A stretch of DNA of 64,000 bases from Monocercomonoides exilis PA203 (Eukaryota > Protista > Preaxostyla): NCBI GenBank assembly GCA_001643675.2, contig LSRY02000067.1:186001-250000 (forward strand). The letters are read 5' to 3'. Under the pieces are notes generated by a model that was not told the origin of the DNA, made no database searches, and saw nothing but the letters and a program-made list of their open reading frames with translations. Positions 39,011-52,173 of this stretch are shown piece by piece. Every line of letters starts with the position of its first letter. Position 1 is the first letter of the stretch. The position numbers and the translations under genes were made by a program.

Positions 39011-42000
39011 GGCATAAGTCTAAATGCGCTCCTTTTGCAAATTGCGTTTTTGAACCCTCAAATTATGATGAATAAATAGATAATAATTATTTAAAAACTA
39101 TTTATGGACCGATTTTTCGAAAAAAATTTTTCTTTTTGAAAATAATGATTATTGAAAAATGACCCATAAAAACATGAAATTATTAAAAAATAAACAAAAT
39201 TATCAGTAAATATGGATTTTTGCCCATCAGAACGGTTTGCATTATTATATAGACTTATTTTATTTGTAAGCTTTCATCAAAAAAATATAAATCACAAACA
39301 AAAATTTTATTAAATATCTTTGATCCAACCCACAATAAAATTTTTAATATTTGGAAAAATTGAATATGCTGTTTTCGGTTAATAAGAATTCAATAGTTTG
39401 CTATCCTTTCATTTTTGTATGTAAATTTAAGTATATTATTATATGTGCACTTGTTTTATATTGAAAACAGCTTTTATTTAAAATCAAGAGAACTTGTTGA
39501 TATGCGCTTTATTTTTAAGAAGCAACAGGAGATACATTTCAATAATGATGGTAATGTATTGAAAAAGTTTTGTTTAAACTCTGACTGAATAAAAATTGTT
39601 CAATTTAATTGAAACTTTGAAAAACTGACATTCTCTTTCATTTTTTATCTTTCATTTTTGAACTCTGCATGATTAAAACATTAAGAAAGGAATTATTAAA
39701 ATATGTTTCAGCAAAGAAGTTATTAATTAATCTATCGTTTAGAAATGTTTATATTTCATTCATTGAAAAGTGATTTTTGAATTTGTTCTTTGTTTACTTG
39801 ATCCTAGTGTCACGGATGATGATAAAAATATGTAGTGGAATAATTATAATTTGCAAGCAAAGTGAATAAATAATTGATAGAAAAATATTGAAACTGCTTT
39901 AGAAATTATAAAGATCATATCTTTTTCACAAATAATATATTCATTTCATTCTTTAAATTGTTTTATAAACATCAAACAATAATTACTAAGATGCAAATAA
40001 AGATGTGTTTCCTTTAAACAAACGAAAACATACAATATAATGTGAACAACAAGAAAATTTGAAAATTATTGTTGCAATAAAGTGAAAAAGTCCTAATAAA
40101 TATTGAAAAATGTTTTTGCTTTCATCCACACATTTCATCCCCTCGTTGTTATTCCTTCTTCATGTGAATTAGAGATTGCAAAATCTTTCATCAAAACAGA
40201 ACTGTTAACAATATCCACAAGAGATTCATCCCATTTGTACATCTCTTCCTTTATCCTCATTTACATGCTTTCCTTCTTTTTCTTCTCCTTCCTTTCCATC
40301 AAACGCACATTATCCAATCAGCACATCCACGCACTAACATATCCTTATCATCCTTCCTCTCTTGTTTGTGCACTTGCATTGAGCAAAAGAGCAGTTCAGC
40401 ACATTCAACACCCTTTCAGCTCCATCCATCTTCATCACGCTTCCTTCAATAGCCACTGAAATATTCTCAAACTTCACTTCCTTCATCTCTGTTTTCGCTT
40501 TTCCCCCAACTCTCACAACTTCCCCCTCACACTCGATATTCAACATTCTGGTTTCAACAATTGACACACCCAATTCTCCACAGAATGACAGAAGTGGCAC
40601 AGATGAATGAATTCCACTGAACAGCGTTTCGCTCATCTTCAGCTCTCCACTCTCCACATCAAGAATCATCCTCTCCATCACAAGATCCATTGCAGACGAG
40701 CTGAAAAAGCATTCTGAAATTTCCAATCTCTCATCCTTCTCTTTCAAAACACTCTCTTCAACCCCTTCAAATTCCTCTCCAAACACAAACAAACACCTCT
40801 CCACAACACACTCATTCACAAACACAATCACACTTCCTTCACTTCCCATCTCTTGAATGGCTTCATTGAAATGAATTGTTCCCTTCGCCTTCTTTATTGA
40901 CTTCACGCACAAATCTCCAACAACGCACTCCCCTCCAATGTCTCCTTCTCCATCAATCAGAATCATTTTCACAACACTTCGTCAGATGTGTTGCACACCA
41001 TTTCCAATGCTCTCACACTGATTGCTCTGTGCTCCACACTGCCTGCTGTCACTCCCATTCACACACACAAACACCTGTGAAGAATAATAGAATGTGATCA
41101 GCGGAATCAGATCAACATCATCCCTTTCCTTGTCTGACCCACATATCGAGTTCTCCTCCTTCAGTACCTCCTGGCTGAAGTCCAGTCCAGATAGTCTTTC
41201 ATTCAACTGTAACTTAATTGAGTTACACCGAATGAACACATCCTTCCCCACAAACGCATCATTCATCATGAATCGGATATACTCCAGTTTCACCCCAAGA
41301 GCTGGCATTTCCTTTTCGACTGATTTAGCATTCGGATCAATTGCATCAATCATCGCCCCTCCTCCTCTTCCATCTTCAGTTGAGCACATACACATCACAA
41401 ATGAGCATCCTCTCACTTTCAATTCTGATTCCCCTCTCTTCAAACACGCCTTTATCCCTCCTCCTTCTTTGCTCTTCTCACTTATGCACTTCGTCAGCAC
41501 ACACCCTTCGATCTCACATTCCATCCCAGATGAAAATGATCCAACATTCATCACGCATGCTCTGTTTTCTGAACATGTGATATATGTGAACGAGGAGTCG
41601 TTCACCCTCACGATTTTTTTTGTTTTCTGTTGCTTTATCGATCAACATGTTTGACAGCAACGGCTGACTCAGCGAAATTAAACTGCTTCTTGAGAATGTT
41701 GTGTTCGAAACAGACACATTCATCACATCAATCACTTCCACTTCAGGGACAAACTCTAAAACCCCTTTGGCCAGATTGAAGAGAGAAATGGTGCAATCCT
41801 CAACCACCACACTCCCTCCATCTGCTTTTATCAAGCAATAAATCACTTTCATTATTTCATCCTCGCATACAAAAGAGCATCTCACAACTGAAAGTGTTGC
41901 AGAGGAGAATGATAATGAATGAATGAATGATAAATGATTCCCTAATTCATTTGGAAGAGAAAATGAAATATTGATGAATGAACCAATAACATTCGATGCT

Positions 42001-44345
42001 ATCATTCCCCCTTCTCTTCCTTCACCTTTATTCCTTCCACCCTCACTCACTTTCAGATCTGTTCCTTCTCTCTCTCCCTCAATTGACACAACTGGAGTTA
42101 TTGATAATAATTTTGATGATAAAAATGAAATAGATTTTTGAAGAGACCCTGATCCAACAATCTTGATGTGCGATTCGCCTTTTCCAAGTGGTTCATATCT
42201 CAGCGATATCAAGTGATCAATTGATGAGCATGGTGCTTCTGAATATCCACATCCACTAAAGTCTCCTCCATTTTCCTTCGAAACGAACACATTCCTACTC
42301 CAATTATCCCACAGATAAACAACCAGTGGAATCACATATCCATTTTCTCCTGTTGTCTTCCTTTCCCATCCACACAGCTCATCCAATAACTTCTCATCAC
42401 TTGCACTCAACTCCTCTTTCAGTTGTTCGTTCGAAATAACCTCGTCCAGCTCATTTCCTGATTTGAACACTTTCTTCCCTTTCCAAGCATTGCACTGGCT
42501 GAATGTCACTCCTTCCATCTTAAATGATCACATTGCATCTGCCAAACTCACAAACATCCCTCCTCCCATTCCTCTTCCTTTCTGCAAGTTGTCCTCTGTT
42601 GGCACCTGGAATCCTGTGAATGCTACGCTTTTAATCTCCAAACTTCCACTCTCCCCGACCGATATCATCATCCCTCCTCCTTTCATCCCACTTCCTCCTG
42701 TACATATTGATGAAAAACTGCAGTTATTCACTACTGCGCTTCCTTCTGCTTGTATCTCTGCACCGATGCATCCTCCTCCTTCTCCGCTCCCACCTTCCAC
42801 CGTCACTCCACTCACTCTGCCGTTCTTTTTGTCCAACTTCTCTTCATTGGTTATTGTTATTGGTGATTTGCCGTTCATCGTCAGCGTCACTCCACCCTCC
42901 ATCACAAATTTATCAACAATCAGTTCTCCTTCATTAATCTTCAATCCTGCTTCAGATTTCTTGATTGATAAAACGCATCCTCTGGTTTCATTCAACGAAT
43001 CCACTCTAACATTCACCAGATGGCAAATGACTCCAACATCATGAATGACAAATATACTGTTTCCAACATTACATGAATCCATCGAGAAATCATTCACTTC
43101 CACGCTGCCTCCAATCACATCCACAAATACACAATCAAATCCATTGTTCACTTCTGCTTCTGAATGAAATGAACATTCACTTACCACCAAATCTCCATTT
43201 TTGCTCGAAATAATCGATTTGGCTGAGTTGTCAAATCCAGATGCCAGTTGCAGTTGGATATTCCTCAATTCGAGGTGAATTTCATTTTCCATGAAATATT
43301 CCAATTGACTTCCAATTTCCTTTTCAAAATTCAAAGTTGTTTTCAAATTCTCTTCTCCAATCTTCACACTTTTTTTAATCTGATAATTGGACAAGTTGAA
43401 TGAATCTTGAATAACTGTGGATCCTTCAGTCTCAATTGTTTTCTTTCCAGTCCCCTTTTCCATGTTTTCCATCCGCTTCAGCATTGTTTGGCATAGCTCA
43501 TCCTCACATCTACAGCTCTCAACATCAGATCCACTAGAAAAGCTATATCAATCTCATTCTTTATATTTTTGAAAACATACAAACAACAAACTTTAATAAA
43601 GTCCATTGTTTTAATAACTCAACATAATATTGCATTGAAAAATTGAAGTTTATCTGGGTAAAAAGTTTCATTTAATAATGCAATGATCTTATCTAATTCA
43701 AAAAAAACATAGAAATATAAAAGAACAAGAAAATATAAGAAATATTAAAGCAAAATAAATAATATTGTTATTTAAAGAGTCTTCTATAACCTTTTGCGTT
43801 CCTTTGCGAACGTAAATGAACTAATATTAGGTAGTTTAAAATATTCAAGCAAAAAGGTACACTTTAATGTGACTGTGAAAAAAAGCTGTTTTCAATATAA
43901 AACAAGTGCACATATAATAATATACTTAAATTTACATACAAAAATGAAAGGATAGCAAACTATTGAATTCTTATTAACCGAAAACAGCATATTCAATTTT
44001 TCCAAATATTAAAAATTTTATTGTGGGTTGGATCAAAGATATTTAATAAAATTTTTGTTTGTGATTTATATTTTTTTGATGAAAGCTTACAAATAAAATA
44101 AGTCTATATAATAATGCAAACCGTTCTGATGGGCAAAAATCCATATTTACTGATAATTTTGTTTATTTTTTAATAATTTCATGTTTTTATGGGTCATTTT
44201 TCAATAATCATTATTTTCAAAAAGAAAAATTTTTTTCGAAAAATCGGTCCATAAATAGTTTTTAAATAATTATTATCTATTTATTCATCATAATTTGAGG
44301 GTTCAAAAACGCAATTTGCAAAAGGAGCGCATTTAGACTTATGCC
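39011..44345. mobile_element. Pack-type non-autonomous TIR transposon (Merlin/MULE-like): 465-bp TIRs, 8-bp TSD CTGTCAGA, host gene cargo
   Basis: TIRs 39011-39475 and 43881-44345 (ggcataagtctaaatgcgc.../...gcgcatttagacttatgcc); ctgtcaga at 39003-39010 and 44346-44353; no transposase motifs seen inside. Confidence 0.92.
40105..43545 (-). pseudogene. Captured internal fragment of a GGAI/Cys-rich surface-protein paralogue
   Basis: ORF pieces 42528-43484, 41514-42518, 40982-41611, 40334-40972 share motifs with the 9716-15541 protein (CNAWKGKKVF, GGDFSGCGYSEAPCSS, GKDVFIRC, DLIPLITFY, KWDESLVD); no start, TM or kinase. Confidence 0.85.
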
Positions 44346-45550
44346 CTGTCAGAGTGAAGGATTTGGCATCGTTCGTAGTAGAACTCAGTTCAACACGCTT
44401 TGTTCTTCCAGACGCATCTTTGCACCTCCAAACTATCTACAAATTGTTGCGGAAAGGAATTTTAACAAACGGATGGGATGGAATGATGAGGCTGAATGCG
44501 TCAATCCTCCAACAGATAAGAAGATGGAGATGGACATTGAGGAAGAACCCCGGACGCAGACTCACACCAGTGTTTATTCCAGAAGACGGACCAACCACAT
44601 ATGCATTACAATTCTCCTGGGGAGTGACCCTCAGAATAAACAAAATGTCACTTGATTGTCACAGTTGTTTTCCATTCGCCGTGAAAAACCAATCATCCAA
44701 CTTCAGAGAATTAAAAGCTGTGGAACTTGCCCTTATTTATTTTGCACCAATCCTTTCAGAAAGTCGGATATCACAGTAACAACTTCGGTCTGACAATTCG
44801 GCAGTCGTTTTCAACGTGAACAAACGGAATGCAGGAAAGAATCTTCGCCCGACACTCAAAAGGATATAAACATTGAAGGAGAAATTGAAAATAGTCCTGA
44901 AAGCAGTTCATCTCCCCGGATTACAGAACACAAGAGCCGACGTATTGAACACCCTGGAAAGAGCAGGATACCACAGAATGATAGAAGATGAACTCTTTCA
45001 GATTCTTGCAGCGCTTAAAGTAACTCCAACGCCGGACGCCTTTGCAGCTCAACACAACCACAAGGTCGAGAGTTGGTGCGAAATAGGAAGTCCATTGGGA
45101 GAAGACGGTCTAGAATATCCATGGAAGAACGAGTGCGTTCTGGCACACCCCCCAGTTCCACTGATTCCAATGACGATTCGGAAGGCACAGAAGGAGAGAG
45201 TACCTGTAGTATTACTCCTGTCGAACTGGAATGGGCAGAACTGGGATGTGTTATTGGAGAAGACACATCATCGGACATTCGAATGGAGGAGTCTGAGAAC
45301 AGTTCTGAGAATGGGGCTTACAATGACAAACACATGTGCATGTCTCTCTCCAGGCAGGTTGAAAGTAATATTGATCAATCCACCAGAGAGAAAGGCGAGA
45401 GCTGGTGGAGAAGGGCGTTGGAGGAAAGAGCTTTCCCAGTTTCACTGGCAGAGGAATGCAGATCAGGAATTGCTCAGTCGACGTGGGATGGATATTTATT
45501 CGGTTTCGCGCATTTTGGAGAACAGTGGGAAAATAGTGATATGGACATAA
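44346..45550 (+). pseudogene. DIRS RT C-terminus, RNase H and adenine methyltransferase-like domain
   Basis: VRVKDLASFV continues the RT across the TSD; SSNFRELKAV, RSDNSAVV, AVHLPGLQNTRADVL; MT-like PDAFAAQHNHK..DGLEYPW..LAHPPVPLI. Confidence 0.85.
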
Positions 45551-46308
45551 TTCCAGAGGATATTCATGAATGGGCTGCTCGATGTTTGAGTATTTTCATT
45601 ACACTCAAAGACAATGGAATGAAACTGTCATGTTTGCAACTTATCCGCTCAGCGGTTTCATACTTCACAAGCTTGGTTTTCAACACAAATTTGTGGGATA
45701 TTCCAAAAATAAAAATATTGTTCAGAGGGTTTAGAAGAACGGATAGGACAAGAAAGAAGAAGATTCAAGAAATCTGAAATCCGAAGACCATTTTGAAATA
45801 TTTTTCTAGTCTTGGAGAAAATCAGACCTTGAGCTTCAAACATCTGACAATGAAAGCCATTGTGCTCACAATGTTATTCACTGCATGCAGGTTTACAGAG
45901 TTGGAAAGAGTAGACATGGAACGATCCAGATTCGAGCATGAAGGAATATTCCTGGACACAAGGCAAAAAACATCGCTTAATGGAACAGAGATTGCCGTTC
46001 CTTTTTTAAACGAAAACCCGACAATTTGCCCATCTTCGGCCATTCAGGTTTTGTGGGAAGAAATACAGAAAAGAAGACCAGATGGAAAGAAATTGTTTTT
46101 AAATACAGAAACATTTCATCCTTTTTCAGTAGAAGGAATCAGACGATTGGCAAAAGAGACGTTGAAAAAAGCAGGAATACCAAGCCATTTCACTCCTTAT
46201 TCAATAAAGGCTGCAACACTTTCAACGCAAACGATGTCGAGAATACTCCCCACTCAGATTGCGAAGTTTACCCGCCTATCCCCTAGAACAGACAATTTAG
46301 CGAAGTAA
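45073..46308 (+). pseudogene. DIRS tyrosine recombinase
   Basis: AQSTWDGY, IRSAVSY, MLFTACRFTEL, ICPSSAI, FTPYSIKAATLS; in-frame stop at 45775-45777. Confidence 0.85.
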
Positions 46309-47735
46309 TATGTGAAGGCCAATCTTGCTTCAACCTTGGGGAAAGTGATTGCTTCAACCATGAATGCTCCCAGTGGAGAGTTAGCAACCAAGCTGTGTGC
46401 CGAAGATGGTGTCAAAGCGTGCGTCAGACCAGAAAGAGACCAGAAGAACAAAGAGGAGAGATGGTCAATGGAATCTGGAATGGTGTTGAGGGACAATAAG
46501 CACAAAATGAAGTAATATGTGAGTGAGGAAAAAGCGAAAAACTCTGTTGAATTCCCTTCAAGAGTGGATGAGCCTGACGATGAGATGGAGGAATGGAAGT
46601 CACTTGAAGAACAATTTATTATTCGAACAAGATCACAAGTTAAAAAAGGAGGAAGAAAACAATGCAGCAAAGAAGACGCACACTGTGGAAGTTATGATGG
46701 CTTCATCATCCAACAAATTTATTCTCTCAAACAAGAGAAGGAATTGATGAAACACTTTTTTTTCTGAAAATTTTAATTCTTGATTTTCCAGTCGAAATCC
46801 AAGATGTTGTTCAAATAAAAATTTCTTGTTTCATCAAAATGCAAAGGGCTTTCACATTTCAGAATTTGGATGAGTATTTCGAAAGAAAGTGCCAAGTGTG
46901 AAAGTTTTCGCAAAAGTGAGAGTTTTTGCTCGTGCTTTAACTTTCTTTGATAATTTTAATTCTTGAAATTATAATGAATAACAACGAACTTCTTGTGATT
47001 TCATTCAATGAAAACAGCCTCAAGCACAAACTTGAGTTTTTGTTACAGTTTCATTTTCACATACTTCTTCTTCTTCTTCTCCTTCTCCTTCTTTGTGGTA
47101 GCAGTTAATTGAACACTTATAACTTTTTCACTCTCTGAGAACTTGTAAAATAATATTCACACTCTCTTGTTGTTCAGCAGCTGCTCCTTCACACACACAA
47201 ACTGTCCCCCTGCCCATCAACTGGACTTCTTCAAAACCAACATTGTACTGTCTCATGAACCACACTTACCAATTGTCTAAGTATTCCAAACTGAATGACT
47301 GTTACTCTATCTCACTTCAGTCTCTTCAACACATGTGCTCTTCCAATTTATTCCTTTTCAGTTTTCTATATGTACTCGACTGGAAACAGAAGGAGCAGGC
47401 GCACTTGCAGTTCAAATGGGGAGGAGTATCCACATCGTCCTTTGACAAACTTTCTTCACCAAATAAATGAATTTAATATCATTTCCACTTTTCATCTTCT
47501 TTTTCCACTATCCACGCGCCTGTCCAATCTTATTAGTTATTGGAACCTCTTCGCCTTTCCTCTTTTATCTTATCGCCATCAGCCCTTCCGCTGAAATCCA
47601 AACCTCCTGTTCCTATTTCCAACTTCTGAACACTTTTCGAATATCCTCAGACTTCCTCACTCGCTCCTTCATTCCTTCGTTGTTTCTCTTCACAATGAGA
47701 CGTTCCTGCTTTCAAAGCTGTACAAAATAAAAGAA

Positions 47736-50036
47736 TTGTTCGTAATCGCTCTCTGTTATTCCTCTTTCTGCCTTCCATCCACATTGTTTTCATGCGAAAT
47801 ATTCGCTTCAGCTAATATATCTTCTTCTTCTTCTTCTTCTTCTTCTTCCTTCTCCTCCTCCTCCTCCCGTTCCATCTATCTCTCCTTTGCTGGAGACACA
47901 AAAGAGCGTGTCAACTTCTTTAACAACGGAATGTTTGAGCCGTTTTGGGGGATTGCAAGGCATTTGATAGACAGATGGCGAATGATTGGGGCAAAAGGAA
48001 GAGATTTGGAAGGGTTTGATGAAGTGGAAGGGATAAAGAAGTTGAAGGAGAAGATGAGGAAGGCGAAGAAGAAGAGGGAGGAGAAGGAAAAGAGGGAGCA
48101 GGAGAGGGGAAAGGAGAAAAGGAAAGGGAAAGAGAAGGACGAGAAAAAGGAGGAAGATGAGGGATTTGATGAGGATGTAGATGAAGACGATGATGATGAT
48201 GATGATGAGGAAGAGGAGGAAGAAGAAGAAGACAAATATGATTTCATTAAAAATCAAAAATGTCAAGAAAAACATCAAAAATCAAAAGAAATCCAAAAAA
48301 TAAGCTCGTCAAGCTCTGATTTTGAGTCCGATTTTGTGGAATCTGCCTCTCTTTCTGTTTTGAGGGTACTTCATTCTCTTCTGAAGAGTGAGTATGTGAG
48401 AGAGAGAATAAACGAATGCACGTTTTATGAGGGTGTGGTGGATTTGTATAAGAGGCAGTCACATTCAACGCGGTTGAATAGGTTTTGTGCAGAGGAAGAG
48501 GAGGAAGAAGAAGATGATGATGAAGGAAAATGGAAAAGAAAAGAAAAAGAATCCAAAATGAATCAGATTTCAAAAAGAGTTTCTGGATTTGGATCTTCAT
48601 CATCATCTTTTTCATCTTCAACTTCTTCTTCATTGCATCATCCATCCTTCACTCCCTCCTCCACCCACACTCTTTTCCTCTCCTTATTCACCCTCCGCCG
48701 CTACAAGCGACTGAGCTGCATTGGCGACGGGATGAAGAAAGTGGTTCTGACGCTTCTGGGCATTGTCAGCGATTGCCTCGAAGTTGGAAGCAGAGAAGCA
48801 GCAATATCTGGGCTGAAGATTCTTTCTCTGCTTCTTCCACTCCCGCTGGGTCCACTTCTGGGGGCAGCAGGGGTGTTGAGGCAGATGGGGAGGTGGCTGT
48901 TGCATTGCAGAGACGGGAAAGTGAAGTGAATGATTACTGCGATTCTTGTACTGATGATGAAGGAAGGGAGTTATAGGAGTGATGATGATGAGGAGGAGGA
49001 AGAGGAAGAAGAAGAAATGGAAGGAGAAGAAGAGAAAGAAGGAATAAGCAGAGTTGATTCGAATGAAAACAGGACGAATCATAAAAGGTCTTTTAAACGA
49101 GCAAAGAGAATGTTTTCTGTCGAGTTTGGAAGAGAATCCACACGTGACATCAACCGAACTCTGCCTGCGAAGAAGCTCATCAGCGATTTTGTGAGTGATT
49201 TGTATGAGAGCCAGCTGCATCTTGTTTATTTCCGGCTTCTTTTCTCGAAGGATGGGGTGTCGCGTGCATGTGCCTTGAGCTTCTTCAGAGCACAGTGCGC
49301 GTTGGAGATGGCTGAAGACGGGAGGTTTTTCAGAAGAGGAGCGTTTGTGCAGAGGGAGGAAAGAAGGAGAAGAGAAAATGAGAATCATTCAAATTCTTGC
49401 ACTAATTTTTCCTCCTCTTCTTCTTCCTCTTCTTCTTCCACTATTTCAAAGAAAAAATGTGAAAGTTCGTCAAATCTCTTCCAAACGAATGCAGTTCTTG
49501 TGCTAAGCAAAAGCCAGCTTTCATCTCAAAATTGCTTCCAGATGGTGCGAATGTGCAAATGTGGTGTTCCTTTCAAAGGGTTTTGCTGCTGCAAAGAATG
49601 GAATATTGCTAATCGAATGAGGAATGGAAAGGATTGTAGCAATGAAGAAGAAGATGATGATGAAAGTGATGAAGACAATATGACAACGGGAAGTGGAAGC
49701 AATGCAAATGGCAAACTATTTCTGAGCCACATCAACAAAAAGCTGAGCTATCCGATGCGAGTTTTGTTCTTTCTGCTTGACGAACTGTTTAACAGCAGCC
49801 ATTTGAAGAGTGCAGAATGTTTGGAGATGAAGGAGGAGTATGAAGGGCTTTTGATGTCGTTCAAGTCGCTGTTTGTGTCGTTTGTGACAAATTCGAGCGA
49901 TCTGGCGAAGAAAATGCTGCTTGGGGTGCTGGGTTCTCTTCATCCGTTTGTTGTGCTGGCAGCTGCCCTCACGAAAAGAGCACTGCGCGAGGCTAAATTG
50001 AAAGGAGAAATGGAATCGCCTTTGGGCGAGTCGTGA
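47736..50036 (+). pseudogene. Hypothetical low-complexity (poly-S/E/D) protein split by an in-frame TGA
   Basis: ORFs 47736-48929 and 48930-50036 are contiguous in one frame; coding-like composition; no recognisable domain. Confidence 0.45.
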
Positions 50037-52173
50037 TGCGAGTCTGATGCTGTTTTTTGGGGGAAGATAACAAAAAGGCAAAAGAGAGAAGAAGAAGAAG
50101 AAGGGTGTTAATGTGTATTAATTAGAATATTGTATGATTGTTTTTTGTTTATTTTTCATTTACCGAAAATTTATTCAATGATGAAAAAATCATATAAAAT
50201 TATTATTATTGAATGCTTTATTTCATGCAACTCTTTTTTATATTATATCATTTCAAAATATCAATGTTTTATCGCTTTTTTTTTTTGCCATTTCGTTGTT
50301 GATTAATATTTTCAATTTTTGCAACAAAGCTGGTTATTGATGATTATGAATGACAAGCAATCTTTTCTATTCATCAAAAAATCAATAAACACAAAAAGTC
50401 ATTCAAAAAAAAAAAAAAAAAAATTTTTTTTCAAACAAAAAATATTCGTTTTGGAAATCAAAATCTTTAAAAGGAGATAAGACCCGACAGTGAATCTGAT
50501 GGATTTGCTTGAGAAAAAAATGACAAAACTTCATTCTCCACATTGAAGAATGCGTTGAAGAAGAAAACAATTTTATTGAAAAGAAGTCAAGTCATGGGAA
50601 TGTTATTTCATCTCTTGATCAAGAACAAAGAATTCAACAAGGTGCGGTCAATGGTCGTTCAGGCAAGAAGAAGAAGAGCGAATGAAACAAACTTTTCTTT
50701 TTCCTGGCGCACAAAAACAAGCAGCTGATTGAACCGCATTTTCTATTCAGCTATCCATTTTCGAAAGCCGGTGCTGTGAACAGCGAGACAAGCTAACAGC
50801 TATGCTCTTTCACGCTCAAGCACTTGATCTGCATCAGGATGTGTGTTGATGGTGGGCATTCGAAAAGTCCTTCATGCTCCAAAGGCTGAAGACATTCAGC
50901 TGCGATCAGCGGGAGATGTATGGTCTGTTCGCTACTGCTGATTGGCTCGTTGTCGGAATGGCACAGCCAGCTGAGTGTGTAATGATCAACAAGCGTCCGA
51001 ATGGCGAAGCCTTCATCGCGCTTTCGAGAAGGCAGTCAATGATTACGGAAATGTTTCCTTCGAACTTCCTCTCTCGAGTAATGCCTTTCCATTCATCCAA
51101 TAATCCCCACTATTCCCACAAAACTCTTTTCTTCCACGCACACATATTGCTGTCACCTCAAAAACATTTCCCTTATGATCTCTCAAACACATTCGCTTAT
51201 TTTCTTGTGTGTGTTAGCGTTCTCATCACATGCAGCCGCCCTCATCCACAATGCTCAACTTTTGCCACATCCAAAGAGGCGCTTCTGTCACAACTGTCCA
51301 TTCCAGCAATAATTCTTTCAAAGAAACAGCCAACACCCAATTCCTCAGCCAGTCTCGGAAGAGCCCACACAGATGCTGCAATGACCGCTCACCGAGGAGG
51401 CAGATAACATCCATCCTCTGAGTGATGCTTGCTCAATATTTCCTTTTTGCCACATATAAAAACAGATGAAGCATGAATGTTGAGAAGAAGGCTGGAGCTT
51501 CCACCACACATTCACCCTTCACCCATTCGCCCATTGATTTCTTCATCATGCCATCTGCAATCCGCAATTCAATGAATTGCTCCCTCTTTTCAACATTCCC
51601 CATCCCAAAGCGATGATTTCCCATTTAAATAATTTGAAATATTCCTGAACTTTGGAGTGATTACAGATGGAAACAACTTCACAATCAATAGGGCACAATA
51701 AAATGCACGCACGGAGAGTTTTTCGTTCCAAATTCAAATCGTTACGTTTTGTTGGTTATCCAATCTCAAAAATCATCATTCATTATTTCATCATTGGCAC
51801 TGCCTTTAAAGCGATTCATGCCACCACACTAAATAATAAAGCAAACTCAACAGGCAATGCCCGTTCGCATATCTTTCATTTGGAGATGGATAATAATGGT
51901 TTTTCAAATAATTTTTTATTTGATCATTGAACCCATTGCAAATAAAACAAATTGATAAAGTGTTGCTATTCTTTTGATAGCCAACCAAAAAATACAAATG
52001 CATAGAATGAAGGTGTGAACACTCATATTTATATGACTGTTTTGAGTTTTGTTTTCCGTCTATTTCATCAAACGAAACGTGTGTCCATTTGATGTGAATG
52101 ATGAAAATGGAATCGCTTTCTGAATACGTTGTTCTTATAAATATGCAGGAGACGGATAACACAAAGATGTTCA

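Larger units (their letters stand above)
36982..46908 (+). mobile_element. DIRS-like tyrosine-recombinase retrotransposon bounded by 187-bp inverted repeats, ~4.6 kb excluding the nested insertion
   Basis: Arms 36982-37168 and 46722-46908 are reverse complements; no TSD. Order: gag-like (37249-38100), RT, RNase H, MT, YR. Confidence 0.85.

Noticed and set aside
46930-47760. Possible minus-strand gene relic
   Set aside because: Coding-like composition but many stops and no recognisable domain.
50543-52170. Short ORFs in a GC-richer stretch
   Set aside because: No identifiable family, termini or consistent frame.
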